64,000 nucleotides of DNA from Eledone cirrhosa (lineage: Eukaryota), in assembly GCA_964016885.1 (NCBI GenBank), contig OZ024743.1, positions 321,780,001-321,844,000 of the forward strand, written 5' to 3'. Within the stretch, counting starts at the first letter, position 1; each line of letters begins with the position of its first letter. The notes under the pieces were generated by a model. That model did no database searches and was not told where the DNA came from. It saw nothing but the letters and a program-made list of their open reading frames with translations. The translations under genes were made by a program, and so were the position numbers. Below are positions 15,001 through 30,000 of the stretch, piece after piece.

Positions 15001-18000
15001 TGTGTTGAAGTGGAGCCACACAGCAACATTGTGTTGAAGTGGAGACACACAGCAACATTGTGTTGAGGTGGAGCCACACAGCAACATTGTGCTGAAGTGG
15101 AGTCACACAGCAACATTGTGTTGAAGTGGAGCCACACAGCAATATTGTGTTGAAGTGGACCCACACAGCAACATTGTGTTGAAGTGGAGCCACACAGCAA
15201 CATTGTGTTGAAGGGGAGACACAGCAACATTGTGTTGAAGTGGAGCCACACAGCAACATTGTGTTGAAGTGGAGCCACACAGCAACATTGTGTTGAAGTG
15301 GAGCCACACAGCAACATTGTGTTGAAGTGGACCCACACAGCAACATTGTGTTGAAGTGGAGACACACAGCAACATTGTGTTGAAGTGGAGCAACACAGCA
15401 GCATTGTGTTGAAGTGGAGCGACACAGCAACATTGTGCTGAAGGGGGGCCACACAGCAACATTGTGCTGAAGTGGAGCCACACAGCAACATTGTGTTGAA
15501 GTGCCGCCACATAGCAACATTGTGTTGAAGTGGAGCCACACAGCAACATTGTGTTGAAGTGGAGACACACAGCAACATTGTGTTGAAGTGGAGCCACACA
15601 GCAACATTGTGCTGAAGGGGATCCACACAGCAACATTGTGTTGAAGTGGACCCACATAGCAACATTGTGTTGAAGGGGAGCCACACAGCAACATTGTGTT
15701 GAAGTGGAGCCACACAGCAACATTGTGTTGAAGTGGAGCCACACAGCAACATTGTGCTGAAGTGGAACCACACAGCAACATTGTGTTGAAGTGGAGCCAC
15801 ACAGCGACATTGTGTTGGAGTGGACCCACATAGCAACATTGTGTTGAAGGGGAGCCACACAGCAACATTGTGTTGAAGTGGAGCCACACAGCAACATTGT
15901 GTTGAAGTGGACCCACATAGCAACATTGTGTTGAAGTGGAGACACACAGCAACATTGTGTTGAAGTGGTTCCACACAGCAACATTGTGTTGAAGTGGAGC
16001 CACACAGCAACATTGTGTTGAAGTGGACCCACGCAGCAACATTGTGTTGAAGTGGAGACACACAGCAACATTATGTTGAAGTGGAGCCACACAGCAACAT
16101 TGTGTTGAAGTGGAGCGACACAGCAACATTGTGCTGAAGTGGAGCCACACAGCAACATTGTGTTGGAGTGGAGCCACATAGCAACATTGTGTTGAAGGGG
16201 AGCCACACAGCAACATTGTGTTGAAGTGGAGCCACACAGCAACATTGTCCTGAAGTGGAACCACACAGCAACATTGTGTTGAAGTGGAGCCACACAGCAA
16301 CATTGTGTTGGAGTGGAGCCACATAGCAACATTGTGTTGAAGGGGAGCCACACAGCAACATTGTGTTGAAGTGTAGCCACACAGCAACATTGTGTTGAAG
16401 TGGAGCCACACAGCAACATTGTGTTGAAGTGGAACCACACAGCAACATTGTGTTGAAGTGGAGCGACACAGCAACATTGTGCTGAAGGCGACCCACACAG
16501 CAACATTGTGTTGCAGTGGAGACACACAGCAACATTGTGTTGAAGGGGAGCCACACAGCAACATTGTGTTGAAGTGGAGCAACACAGCAACATTGTGTTG
16601 AAGTGGAGCGACACAGCAACATTGTGCTGAAGGGGACCCACACAGCAACATTGTGTTGAAGTGGAGCCACACAGCGACATTGTGTTGAAGTGTAGCCACA
16701 TAGCAACATTGTGTTGAAGTGGAGACACACAGCAACATTGTGTTGAAGTGGAGTCACACAGCAACATTGTGCTGAAGGGGAGACACACAGCAACATTGTG
16801 TTGAAGGGGAGAAGTGGAGCCACACAGCAACATTGTGTTGAAGTGGAGCCACACAGCAACATTGTGCTGAAGTGGAGCCACACAGCAACATTGTGTTGAA
16901 GTGTAGACACACAGCAACATTGTGTTGAAGTGGAGCTACACAGCAACATTGTGTTGAAGTGGAGCCACACAGCAACATTGTGCTGAAGTGGAGCCACACA
17001 GCAATATTGTGTTGAAGTGGAGCCACACAGCAACATTGTGTTGAAGTGGACCCACACAGCAACATTGTGTTGAAGTGGAGACACACAGCAACATTGTGTT
17101 GAAGTGGAGCCACACAGCAACATTGTGTTGAAGTGGAGCCACACAGCAACATTGTGCTGAAGTGGAGCCACACAGCAACATTGTGTTGAAGTGGAGCCAC
17201 ACAGCAACAGTGTTCAAGTGGAGCCACACAGCAACAGTGTTCAAGTGGAGCCACACAGCAACATTGTGTTGAAGTGGAGACACACAGCAACATTGTGTTG
17301 AAGTGGTGCCACACAGCAACATTGTGTTTTAGTGGAGCCACACAGCAATATTGTGTTGAATTGGACCCACACAGCAACATTGTGTTGAAGTGGAGACACA
17401 CAGCAACATTGTGTTGAGGTGGAGCCACACAGCAACATTGTGTTTTAGTGGAGCCACACAGCAATATTGTGTTGAATTGGACCCACACAGCAACATTGTG
17501 TTGAAGTGGACCCACACATCAACATTGTGTTGAAGTGGAGACACACAGCAACATTGTGTTGAAGTGGAGCCACACAGCAACATTGTGTTGAAGTGGAGCC
17601 ACACAGCAACATTGTGTTGAAGTGGAGACACACAGCAACATTGTGTTGAGGTGGAGCCACACAGCAACATTGTGCTGAAGTGGAGTCACACAGCAACATT
17701 GTGTTGAAGTGGAGCCACACAGCAATATTGTGTTGAAGTGGACCCACACAGCAACATTGTGTTGAAGTGGAGCCACACAGCAACATTGTGTTGAAGGGGA
17801 GACACAGCAACATTATGTTGAAGTGGAGCCACACAGCAACATTGTGTTGAAGTGGAGCCACACAGCAACATTGTGTTGAAGTGGAGCCACACAGCAACAT
17901 TGTGTTGAAGTGGACCCACACAGCAACATTGTGTTGAAGTGGAGACACACAGCAACATTGTGTTGAAGTGGAGCAACACAGCAGCATTGTGTTGAAGTGG

Positions 18001-21000
18001 AGCGACACAGCAACATTGTGCTGAAGGGGGGCCACACAGCAACATTGTGCTGAAGTGGAGCCACACAGCAACATTGTGTTGAAGTGCCGCCACATAGCAA
18101 CATTGTGTTGAAGTGGAGCCACACAGCAACATTGTGTTGAAGTGGAGACACACAGCAACATTGTGTTGAAGTGGAGCCACACAGCAACATTGTGCTGAAG
18201 GGGATCCACACAGCAACATTGTGTTGAAGTGGACCCACATAGCAACATTGTGTTGAAGGGGAGCCACACAGCAACATTGTGTTGAAGTGGAGCCACACAG
18301 CAACATTGTGTTGAAGTGGAGCCACACAGCAACATTGTGCTGAAGTGGAACCACACAGCAACATTGTGTTGAAGTGGAGCCACACAGCGACATTGTGTTG
18401 GAGTGGACCCACATAGCAACATTGTGTTGAAGGGGAGCCACACAGCAACATTGTGTTGAAGTGGAGCCACACAGCAACATTGTGTTGAAGTGGACCCACA
18501 TAGCAACATTGTGTTGAAGTGGAGACACACAGCAACATTGTGTTGAAGTGGTTCCACACAGCAACATTGTGTTGAAGTGGAGCCACACAGCAACATTGTG
18601 TTGAAGTGGACCCACGCAGCAACATTGTGTTGAAGTGGAGACACACAGCAACATTATGTTGAAGTGGAGCCACACAGCAACATTGTGTTGAAGTGGAGCG
18701 ACACAGCAACATTGTGCTGAAGTGGAGCCACACAGCAACATTGTGTTGGAGTGGAGCCACATAGCAACATTGTGTTGAAGGGGAGCCACACAGCAACATT
18801 GTGTTGAAGTGGAGCCACACAGCAACATTGTCCTGAAGTGGAACCACACAGCAACATTGTGTTGAAGTGGAGCCACACAGCAACATTGTGTTGGAGTGGA
18901 GCCACATAGCAACATTGTGTTGAAGGGGAGCCACACAGCAACATTGTGTTGAAGTGTAGCCACACAGCAACATTGTGTTGAAGTGGAGCAACACAGCAAC
19001 ATTGTGTTGAAGTGGAACCACACAGCAACATTGTGTTGAAGTGGAGCGACACAGCAACATTGTGCTGAAGGCGACCCACACAGCAACATTGTGTTGCAGT
19101 GGAGACACACAGCAACATTGTGTTGAAGGGGAGCCACACAGCAACATTGTGTTGAAGTGGAGCAACACAGCAACATTGTGTTGAAGTGGAGCGACACAGC
19201 AACATTGTGCTGAAGGGGACCCACACAGCAACATTGTGTTGAAGTGGAGCCACACAGCGACATTGTGTTGAAGTGTAGCCACATAGCAACATTGTGTTGA
19301 AGTGGAGACACACAGCAACATTGTGTTGAAGTGGAGTCACACAGCAACATTGTGCTGAAGGGGAGACACACAGCAACATTGTGTTGAAGGGGAGACACAC
19401 AGCAACATTGTGTTGAAGTGGAGCCACACAGCAACATTGTGTTGAAGTGGAGCCACACAGCAACATTGTGCTGAAGTGGAGCCACACAGCAACATTGTGT
19501 TGAAGTGTAGACACACAGCAACATTGTGTTGAAGTGGAGCTACACAGCAACATTGTGTTGAAGTGGAGCCACACAGCAACATTGTGCTGAAGTGGAGCCA
19601 CACAGCAATATTGTGTTGAAGTGGAGCCACACAGCAACATTGTGTTGAAGTGGAGCCACACAGCAACATTGTGCTGAAGTGGAGCCACACAGCAACATTG
19701 TGTTGAAGTGGAGCCACACAGCAACAGTGTTCAAGTGGAGCCACACAGCAACAGTGTTCAAGTGGAGCCACACAGCAACATTGTGTTGAAGTGGAGACAC
19801 ACAGCAACATTGTGTTGAAGTGGTGCCACACAGCAACATTGTGTTGAAGTGAACCCACATAGCAACATTGTGTTGAAGTGGAGACACACAGCAACATTGT
19901 GTTGAAGTGGAGCCACACAGCAACATTGTGTTTTAGTGGAGCCACACAGCAATATTGTGTTGAATTGGACCCACACAGCAACATTGTGTTGAAGTGGACC
20001 CACACATCAACATTGTGTTGAAGTGGACCCACACAGCAACATTGTGTTGAAGTGGAGCCACACAGCAACATTGTGTTGAAGTGGAGCCACACAGCAACAT
20101 TGTGTTGAAGTGGAGCCACACAGCAACATTGTGTTGAGGTGGAGCCACACAGCAACATTGTGCTGAAGTGGAGTCACACAGCAACATTGTGTTGAAGTGG
20201 AGCCACACAGCAATATTGTGTTGAAGTGGACCCACACAGCAACATTGTGTTGAAGTGGAGCCACACAGCAACATTGTGTTGAAGGGGAGACACAGCAACA
20301 TTGTGTTGAAGGGGAGCCACACAGCAACATTGTGTTGACGTGGAGCCACACAGCAACATTGTGTTGAAGTGGAACCACACAGCAACATTGTGTTGAAGTG
20401 GACCCACACAGCAACATTGTGTTGAAGTGGAGACACACAGCAACATTGTGTTGAAGTGGAGCAACACAGCAGCATTGTGTTGAAGTGGAGCGACACAGCA
20501 ACATTGTGCTGAAGGGGAGCCACACAGCAACATTGTGCTGAAGTGGAGCCACACAGCAACATTGTGTTGAAGTGCCGCCACATAGCAACATTGTGTTGAA
20601 GTGGAGCCACACAGCAACATTGTGTTGAAGTGGAGACACACAGCAACATTGTGTTGAAGTGGAGCCACACAGCAACATTGTGCTGAAGGGGAGCCACACA
20701 GCAACATTGTGTTGAAGTGGATCCACACAGCAACATCGTGTTGAAGTGGACCCACATAGCAACACTGTGTTGAAGGGGAGCCACACAGCAACATTGTGTT
20801 GAAGTGGAGCCACACAGCAACATTGTGTTGAAGTGGAGCCACACAGCAACATTGTGCTGAAGTGGAACCACACAGCAACATTGTGTTGAAGTGGAGCCAC
20901 ACAGCAACATTGTGTTGGAGTGGACCCACATAGCAACATTGTGTTGAAGGGGAGCCACACAGCAACATTGTGTTGAAGTGGAGCCACACAGCAACATTGT

Positions 21001-24000
21001 GTTGAAGTGGACCCGCATAGCAACATTGTGTTGAAGTGGACCCACATAGCAACATTGTGTTGAAGTGGAGACACACAGCAACATTGTGTTGAAGTGGATC
21101 CACACAGCAACATTGTGTTGAAGTGGAGCCACACAGCAACATTGTGTTGAAGTGGACCCACGCAGCAACATTGTGTTGAAGTGGAGACACACAGCAACAT
21201 TGTGTTGAAGTGGAGCCACACAGCAACATTGTGTTGAAGTGGAGCCACACAGCAACATTGTGTTGAAGTGGACCCACACAGCAACATTGTGTTGAAGTGG
21301 AGACACACAGCAACATTGTGTTGAAGTGGAGCTACACAGCAACATTGTGCTGAAGTGGAGCCACACAGCAACATTGTGTTGAAGTGGAGCCACACAGCAA
21401 CATTGTGTTGAAGTGGAGCCACACAGCAACATTGTGCTGAAGTGGAGCCACACAGCAACATTGTGTTGAAGTGGAGCCACACAGCAACAGTGTTCAAGTG
21501 GAGCCACACAGCAACAGTGTTCAAGTGGAGCCACACAGCAACATTGTGTTGAAGTGGAGACACACAGCAACATTGTGTTGAAGTGGTGCCACACAGCAAC
21601 ATTGTGTTGAAGTGAACCCACATAGCAACATTGTGTTGAAGTGGAGACACACAGCAACATTGTGTTGAAGTGGAGCCACACAGCAACATTGTGTTGAAGT
21701 GGAGCGACACAGCAACATTGTGTTGAGGTGGAGCCACACAGCAACATTGTGCTGAAGTGGAGTCACACAGCAACATTGTGTTGAAGTGGAGCCACACAGC
21801 AATATTGTGTTGAAGTGGACCCACACAGCAACATTGTGTTGAAGTGGAGCCACACAGCAACATTGTGTTGAAGGGGAGACACACAGCAACATTGTGTTGA
21901 AGTGGAGCCAGACAGCAACATTGTGTTGAAGTGGAGCCACACAGCAACATTGTGTTGAAGTGGAGCCACACAGCAACATTGTGTTGAAGTGGACCCACAC
22001 AGCAACATTGTGTTGAAGTGGAGACACACAGCAACATTGTGTTGAAGTGGAGCAACACAGCAGCATTGTGTTGAAGTGGAGCGACACAGCAACATTGTGC
22101 TGAAGGGGAGCCACACAGCAACATTGTGCTGAAGTGGAGCCACACAGCAACATTGTGTTGAAGTGCCGCCACATAGCAACATTGTGTTGAAGTGGAGCCA
22201 CACAGCAACATTGTGTTGAAGTGGAGACACACAGCAACATTGTGTTGAAGTGGAGCCACACAGCAACATTGTGCTGAAGGGGAGCCACACAGCAACATTG
22301 TGTTGAGGTGGATCCACACAGCAACATTGTGTTGAAGTGGACCCACATAGCAACATTGTGTTGAAGGGGAGCCACACAGCAACATTGTGTTGAAGTGGAG
22401 CCACACAGCAACATTGTGTTGAAGTGGAGCCACACAGCAACATTGTGCTGAAGTGGAACCACACAGCAACATTGTGTTGAAGTGGAGCCACACAGCGACA
22501 TTGTGTTGGAGTGGACCCACATAGCAACATTGTGTTGAAGGGGAGCCACACAGCAACATTGTGTTGAAGTGGACCCACATAGCAACATTGTGTTGAAGTG
22601 GACCCACATAGCAACATTGTGTTGAAGTGGAGCCACACAGCAACATTGTGTTGAAGTGGAACCACACAGCAACATTGTGTTGAAGTGGAGCGACACAGCA
22701 ACATTGTGCTGAAGGCGACCCACACAGCAACATTGTGTTGCAGTGGAGACACACAGCAACATTGTGTTGAAGGGGAGCCACACAGCAACATTGTGTTGAA
22801 GTGGAGCAACACAGCAACATTGTGTTGAAGTGGAGCGACACAGCAACATTGTGCTGAAGGGGACCCACACAGCAACATTGTGTTGAAGTGGAGCCACACA
22901 GCGACATTGTGTTGAAGTGGAGCCACATAGCAACATTGTGTTGAAGTGGAGACACACAGCAACATTGTGTTGAAGTGGAGTCACACAGCAACATTGTGCT
23001 GAAGGGGAGACACACAGCAACATTGTGTTGAAGGGGAGACACACAGCAACATTGTGTTGAAGTGGAGCCACACAGCAACATTGTGTTGAAGTGGAGCCAC
23101 ACAGCAACATTGTGCTGAAGTGGAGCCACACAGCAACATTGTGTTGAAGTGTAGACACACAGCAACATTGTGTTGAAGTGGAGCTACACAGCAACATTGT
23201 GTTGTAGTGGAGCCACACAGCAACATTGTGCTGAAGTGGAGCCACACAGCAACATTGTGTTGAAGTGGAGCCACACAGCAACATTGTGTTGAAGTGGAGC
23301 CACACAGCAACATTGTGCTGAAGTGGAGCCACACAGCAACATTGTGTTGAAGTGGAGCCACACAGCAACAGTGTTCAAGTGGAGCCACACAGCAACAGTG
23401 TTCAAGTGGAGCCACATAGCAACATTGTGTTGAAGTGGAGACACACAGCAACATTGTGTTGAAGTGGAGCCACACAGCAACATTGTGTTTTAGTGGAGCC
23501 ACACAGCAATATTGTGTTGAATTGGACCCACACAGTAACATTGTGTTGAAGTGGACCCACACATCAACATTGTGTTGAAGTGGACCCACACAGCAACATT
23601 GTGTTGAAGTGGAGCCACACAGCAACATTGTGTTGAAGTGGAGCCACACAGCAACATTGTGTTGAAGTGGAGCCACACAGCAACATTGTGTTGAGGTGGA
23701 GCCACACAGCAACATTGTGCTGAAGTGGAGTCACACAGCAACATTGTGTTGAAGTGGAGCCACACAGCAATATTGTGTTGAAGTGGACCCACACAGCAAC
23801 ATTGTGTTGAAGTGGAGCCACACAGCAACATTGTGTTGAAGGGGAGACACAGCAACATTGTGTTGAAGGGGAGCCACACAGCAACATTGTGTTGAAGTGG
23901 AGCCACACAGCAACATTGTGTTGAAGTGGAGCCACACAGCAACATTGTGTTGAAGTGGACCCACACAGCAACATTGTGCTGAAGTGGAGACACACAGCAA

Positions 24001-27000
24001 CATTGTGTTGAAGTGGAGCAACACTGCAGCATTGTGTTGAAGTGGAGCGACACAGCAACATTGTGCTGAAGGGGAGCCACACAGCAACATTGTGCTGAAG
24101 TGGAGCCACACAGCAACATTGTGTTGAAGTGCCGCCACATAGCAACATTGTGTTGAAGTGGAGCCACACAGCAACATTGTGTTGAAGTGGAGACACACAG
24201 CAACATTGTGTTGAAGTGGAGCCACACAGCAACATTGTGCTGAAGGAGAGCCACACAGCAACGTTGTGTTGAAGTGGATCCACACAGCAACATCGTGTTG
24301 AAGTGGACCCACATAGCAACATTGTGTTGAAGGGGAGCCACACAGCAACATTGTGTTGAAGTGGAGCCACACAGCAACATTGTGTTGAAGTGGAGCCACA
24401 CAGCAACATTGTGCTGAAGTGGAACCACACAGCAACATTGTGTTGAAGTGGAACCACACAGCAACATTGTGTTGAAGTGGAGCCACACAGCGACATTGTG
24501 TTGGAGTGGACCCACATAGCAACATTGTGTTGAAGGGGAGCCACACAGCAACATTGTGTTGAAGTGGACCCACATAGCAACATTGTGTTGAAGTGGACCC
24601 ACATAGCAACATTGTGTTGAAGTGGAGCCACACAGCAACATTGTGTTGAAGTGGAACCACACAGCAACATTGTGTTGAAGTGGAGCGACACAGCAACATT
24701 GTGCTGAAGGCGACCCACACAGCAACATTGTGTTGCAGTGGAGACACACAGCAACATTGTGTTGAAGGGGAGCCACACAGCAACATTGTGTTGAAGTGGA
24801 GCAACACAGCAACATTGTGTTGAAGTGGAGCGACACAGCAACATTGTGCTGAAGGGGACCCACACAGCAACATTGTGTTGAAGTGGAGCCACACAGCGAC
24901 ATTGTGTTGAAGTGGAGCCACATAGCAACATTGTGTTGAAGTGGAGACACACAGCAACATTGTGTTGAAGTGGAGTCACACAGCAACATTGTGCTGAAGG
25001 GGAGACACACAGCAACATTGTGTTGAAGGGGAGACACACAGCAACATTGTGTTGAAGTGGAGCCACACAGCAACATTGTGTTGAAGTGGAGCCACACAGC
25101 AACATTGTGCTGAAGTGGAGCCACACAGCAACATTGTGTTGAAGTGTAGACACACAGCAACATTGTGTTGAAGTGGAGCTACACAGCAACATTGTGTTGT
25201 AGTGGAGCCACACAGCAACATTGTGCTGAAGTGGAGCCACACAGCAACATTGTGTTGAAGTGGAGCCACACAGCAACATTGTGTTGAAGTGGAGCCACAC
25301 AGCAACATTGTGCTGAAGTGGAGCCACACAGCAACATTGTGTTGAAGTGGAGCCACACAGCAACAGTGTTCAAGTGGAGCCACACAGCAACAGTGTTCAA
25401 GTGGAGCCACATAGCAACATTGTGTTGAAGTGGAGACACACAGCAACATTGTGTTGAAGTGGAGCCACACAGCAACATTGTGTTTTAGTGGAGCCACACA
25501 GCAATATTGTGTTGAATTGGACCCACACAGCAACATTGTGTTGAAGTGGACCCACACATCAACATTGTGTTGAAGTGGACCCACACAGCAACATTGTGTT
25601 GAAGTGGAGCCACACAGCAACATTGTGTTGAAGTGGAGCCACACAGCAACATTGTGTTGAAGTGGAGCCACACAGCAACATTGTGTTGAGGTGGAGCCAC
25701 ACAGCAACATTGTGCTGAAGTGGAGTCACACAGCAACATTGTGTTGAAGTGGAGCCACACAGCAATATTGTGTTGAAGTGGACCCACACAGCAACATTGT
25801 GTTGAAGTGGAGCCACACAGCAACATTGTGTTGAAGGGGAGACACAGCAACATTGTGTTGAAGGGGAGCCACACAGCAACATTGTGTTGAAGTGGAGCCA
25901 CACAGCAACATTGTGTTGAAGTGGAGCCACACAGCAACATTGTGTTGAAGTGGACCCACACAGCAACATTGTGCTGAAGTGGAGACACACAGCAACATTG
26001 TGTTGAAGTGGAGCAACACTGCAGCATTGTGTTGAAGTGGAGCGACACAGCAACATTGTGCTGAAGGGGAGCCACACAGCAACATTGTGCTGAAGTGGAG
26101 CCACACAGCAACATTGTGTTGAAGTGCCGCCACATAGCAACATTGTGTTGAAGTGGAGCCACACAGCAACATTGTGTTGAAGTGGAGACACACAGCAACA
26201 TTGTGTTGAAGTGGAGCCACACAGCAACATTGTGCTGAAGGAGAGCCACACAGCAACGTTGTGTTGAAGTGGATCCACACAGCAACATCGTGTTGAAGTG
26301 GACCCACATAGCAACATTGTGTTGAAGGGGAGCCACACAGCAACATTGTGTTGAAGTGGAGCCACACAGCAACATTGTGTTGAAGTGGAGCCACACAGCA
26401 ACATTGTGCTGAAGTGGAACCACACAGCAACATTGTGTTGAAGTGGAGCCACACAGCAACATTGTGTTGGAGTGGACCCACATAGCAACATTGTGTTGAA
26501 GGGGAGCCACACAGCAACATTGTGTTGAAGTGGAGCCACACAGCAACATTGTGTTGAAGTGGACCCGCATAGCAACATTGTGTTGAAGTGGACCCACATA
26601 GCAACATTGTGTTGAAGTGGAGACACACAGCAACATTGTGTTGAAGTGGATCCACACAGCAACATTGTGTTGAAGTGGAGCCACACAGCAACATTGTGTT
26701 GAAGTGGACCCACGCAGCAACATTGTGTTGAAGTGGAGACACACAGCAACATTGTGTTGAAGTGGAGCCACACAGCAACATTGTGTTGAAGTGGAGCCAC
26801 ACAGCAACATTGTGTTGAAGTGGACCCACACAGCAACATTGTGTTGAAGTGGAGACACACAGCAACATTGTGTTGAAGTGGAGCTACACAGCAACATTGT
26901 GCTGAAGTGGAGCCACACAGCAACATTGTGTTGAAGTGGAGCCACACAGCAACATTGTGTTGAAGTGGAGCCACACAGCAACATTGTGCTGAAGTGGAAC

Positions 27001-30000
27001 CACACAGCAACATTGTGTTGAAGTGGAGCCACACAGCAACAGTGTTCAAGTGGAGCCACACAGCAACAGTGTTCAAGTGGAGCCACACAGCAACATTGTG
27101 TTGAAGTGGAGACACACAGCAACATTGTGTTGAAGTGGTGCCACACAGCAACATTGTGTTGAAGTGAACCCACATAGCAACATTGTGTTGAAGTGGAGAC
27201 ACACAGCAACATTGTGTTGAAGTGGAGCCACACAGCAACATTGTGTTGAAGTGGAGCCACACAGCAACATTGTGTTGAGGTGGAGCCACACAGCAACATT
27301 GTGCTGAAGTGGAGTCACACAGCAACATTGTGTTGAAGTGGAGCCACACAGCAATATTGTGTTGAAGTGGACCCACACAGCAACATTGTGTTGAAGTGGA
27401 GCCACACAGCAGCATTGTGTTGAAGGGGAGACACACAGCAACATTGTGTTGAAGTGGAGCCAGACAGCAACATTGTGTTGAAGTGGAGCCACACAGCAAC
27501 ATTGTGTTGAAGTGGAGCCACACAGCAACATTGTGTTGAAGTGGACCCACACAGCAACATTGTGTTGAAGTGGAGACACACAGCAACATTGTGTTGAAGT
27601 GGAGCAACACAGCAGCATTGTGTTGAAGTGGAGCGACACAGCAACATTGTGCTGAAGGGGAGCCACACAGCAACATTGTGCTGAAGTGGAGCCACACAGC
27701 AACAGTGTGTTGAAGTGCCGCCACATAGCAACATTGTGTTGAAGTGGAGCCACACAGCAACATTGTGTTGAAGTGGAGACACACAGCAACATTGTGTTGA
27801 AGTGGAGCCACACAGCAACATTGTGCTGAAGGGGAGCCACACAGCAACATTGTGTTGAGGTGGATCCACACAGCAACATTGTGTTGAAGTGGACCCACAT
27901 AGCAACATTGTGTTGAAGGGGAGCCACACAGCAACATTGTGTTGAAGTGGAGCCACACAGCAACATTGTGTTGAAGTGGAGCCACACAGCAACATTGTGC
28001 TGAAGTGGAACCACACAGCAACATTGTGTTGAAGTGGAGCCACACAGCGACATTGTGTTGGAGTGGACCCACATAGCAACACTGTGTTGAAGGGGAGCCA
28101 CACAGCAACATTGTGTTGAAGTGGACCCACATAGCAACATTGTGTTGAAGTGGACCCACATAGCAACATTGTGTTGAAGTGGAGACACACAGCAACATTG
28201 TGTTGAAGTGGATCCACACAGCAACATTGTGTTGAAGTGGATCCACACAGCAACATTGTGTTGAAGTGGACCCACGCAGCAACATTGTGTTGAAGTGGAG
28301 ACACACAGCAACATTATGTTGAAGTGGAGCCACACAGCAACATTGTGTTGAAGTGGAGCCACACAGCAACATTGTGCTGAAGTGGAGCCACACAGCAACA
28401 TTGTGTTGAAGTGGAGCCACACAGCAACATTGTGTTGGAGTGGAGCCACATAGCAACATTGTGTTGAAGGGGAGCCACACAGCAACATTGTGTTGAAGTG
28501 GAGCCACACAGCAACATTGTGCTGAAGTGGAACCACACAGCAACATTGTGTTGAAGTGGAGCCACACAGCAACATTGTGTTGGAGTGGAGCCACATAGCA
28601 ACATTGTGTTGAAGGGGAGCCACACAGCAACATTGTGTTGAAGTGTAGCCACACAGCAACATTGTGTTGAAGTGGAGCCACACAGCAACATTGTGTTGAA
28701 GTGGAACCACACAGCAACATTGTGTTGAAGTGGAGCGACACAGCAACATTGTGCTGAAGGCGACCCACACAGCAACATTGTGTTGCAGTGGAGATACACA
28801 GCAACATTGTGTTGAAGGGGAGCCACACAGCAACATTGTGTTGAAGTGGAGCAACACAGCAACATTGTGTTGAAGTGGAGCGACACAGCAACATTGTGCT
28901 GAAGGGGACCCACACAGCAACATTGTGTTGAAGTGGAGCCACACAGCGACATTGTGTTGAAGTGGAGCCACATAGCAACATTGTGTTGAAGTGGAGACAC
29001 ACAGCAACATTGTGTTGAAGTGGAGTCACACAGCAACATTGTGCTGAAGGGGAGACACACAGCAACATTGTGTTGAAGGGGAGACACACAGCAACATTGT
29101 GTTGAAGTGGAGCCACACAGCAACATTGTGTTGAAGTGGAGCCACACAGCAACATTGTGCTGAAGTGGAGCCACACAGCAACATTGTGTTGAAGTGTAGA
29201 CACACAGCAACATTGTGTTGAAGTGGAGCTACACAGCAACATTGTGTTGAAGTGGAGCCACACAGCAACATTGTGCTGAAGTGGAGCCACACAGCAACAT
29301 TGTGTTGAAGTGGAGCCACACAGCAACATTGTGCTGAAGTGGAGCCACACAGCAACATTGTGTTGAAGTGGAGCCACACAGCAACAGTGTTCAAGTGGAG
29401 CCACACAGCAACAGTGTTCAAGTGGAGCCACACAGCAACATTGTGTTGAAGTGGAGACACACAGCAACATTGTGTTGAAGTGGTGCCACACAGCAACATT
29501 GTGTTGAAGTGAACCCACATAGCAACATTGTGTTGAAGTGGTGACACACAGCAACATTGTGTTGAAGTGGAGCCACACAGCAACATTGTGTTGAAGTGGA
29601 GCCACACAGCAATATTGTGTTGAAGTGGACCCACACAGCAACATTGTGTTGAAGTGGACCCACACATCAACATTGTGTTGAAGTGGACCCACACAGCAAC
29701 ATTGTGTTGAAGTGGAGCCACACAGCAACATTGTGTTGAAGTGGAGCCACACAGCAACATTGTGTTGAAGTGGAGCCACACAGCAACATTGTGTTGAGGT
29801 GGAGCCACACAGCAACATTGTGCTGAAGTGGAGTCCCACAGCAACATTGTGTTGAAGTGGAGCCACACAGCAATATTGTGTTGAAGTGGACCCACACAGC
29901 AACATTGTGTTGAAGTGGAGCAACACAGCAGCATTGTGTTGAAGTGGAGCGACACAGCAACATTGTGCTGAAGGGGAGCCACACAGCAACATTGTGCTGA

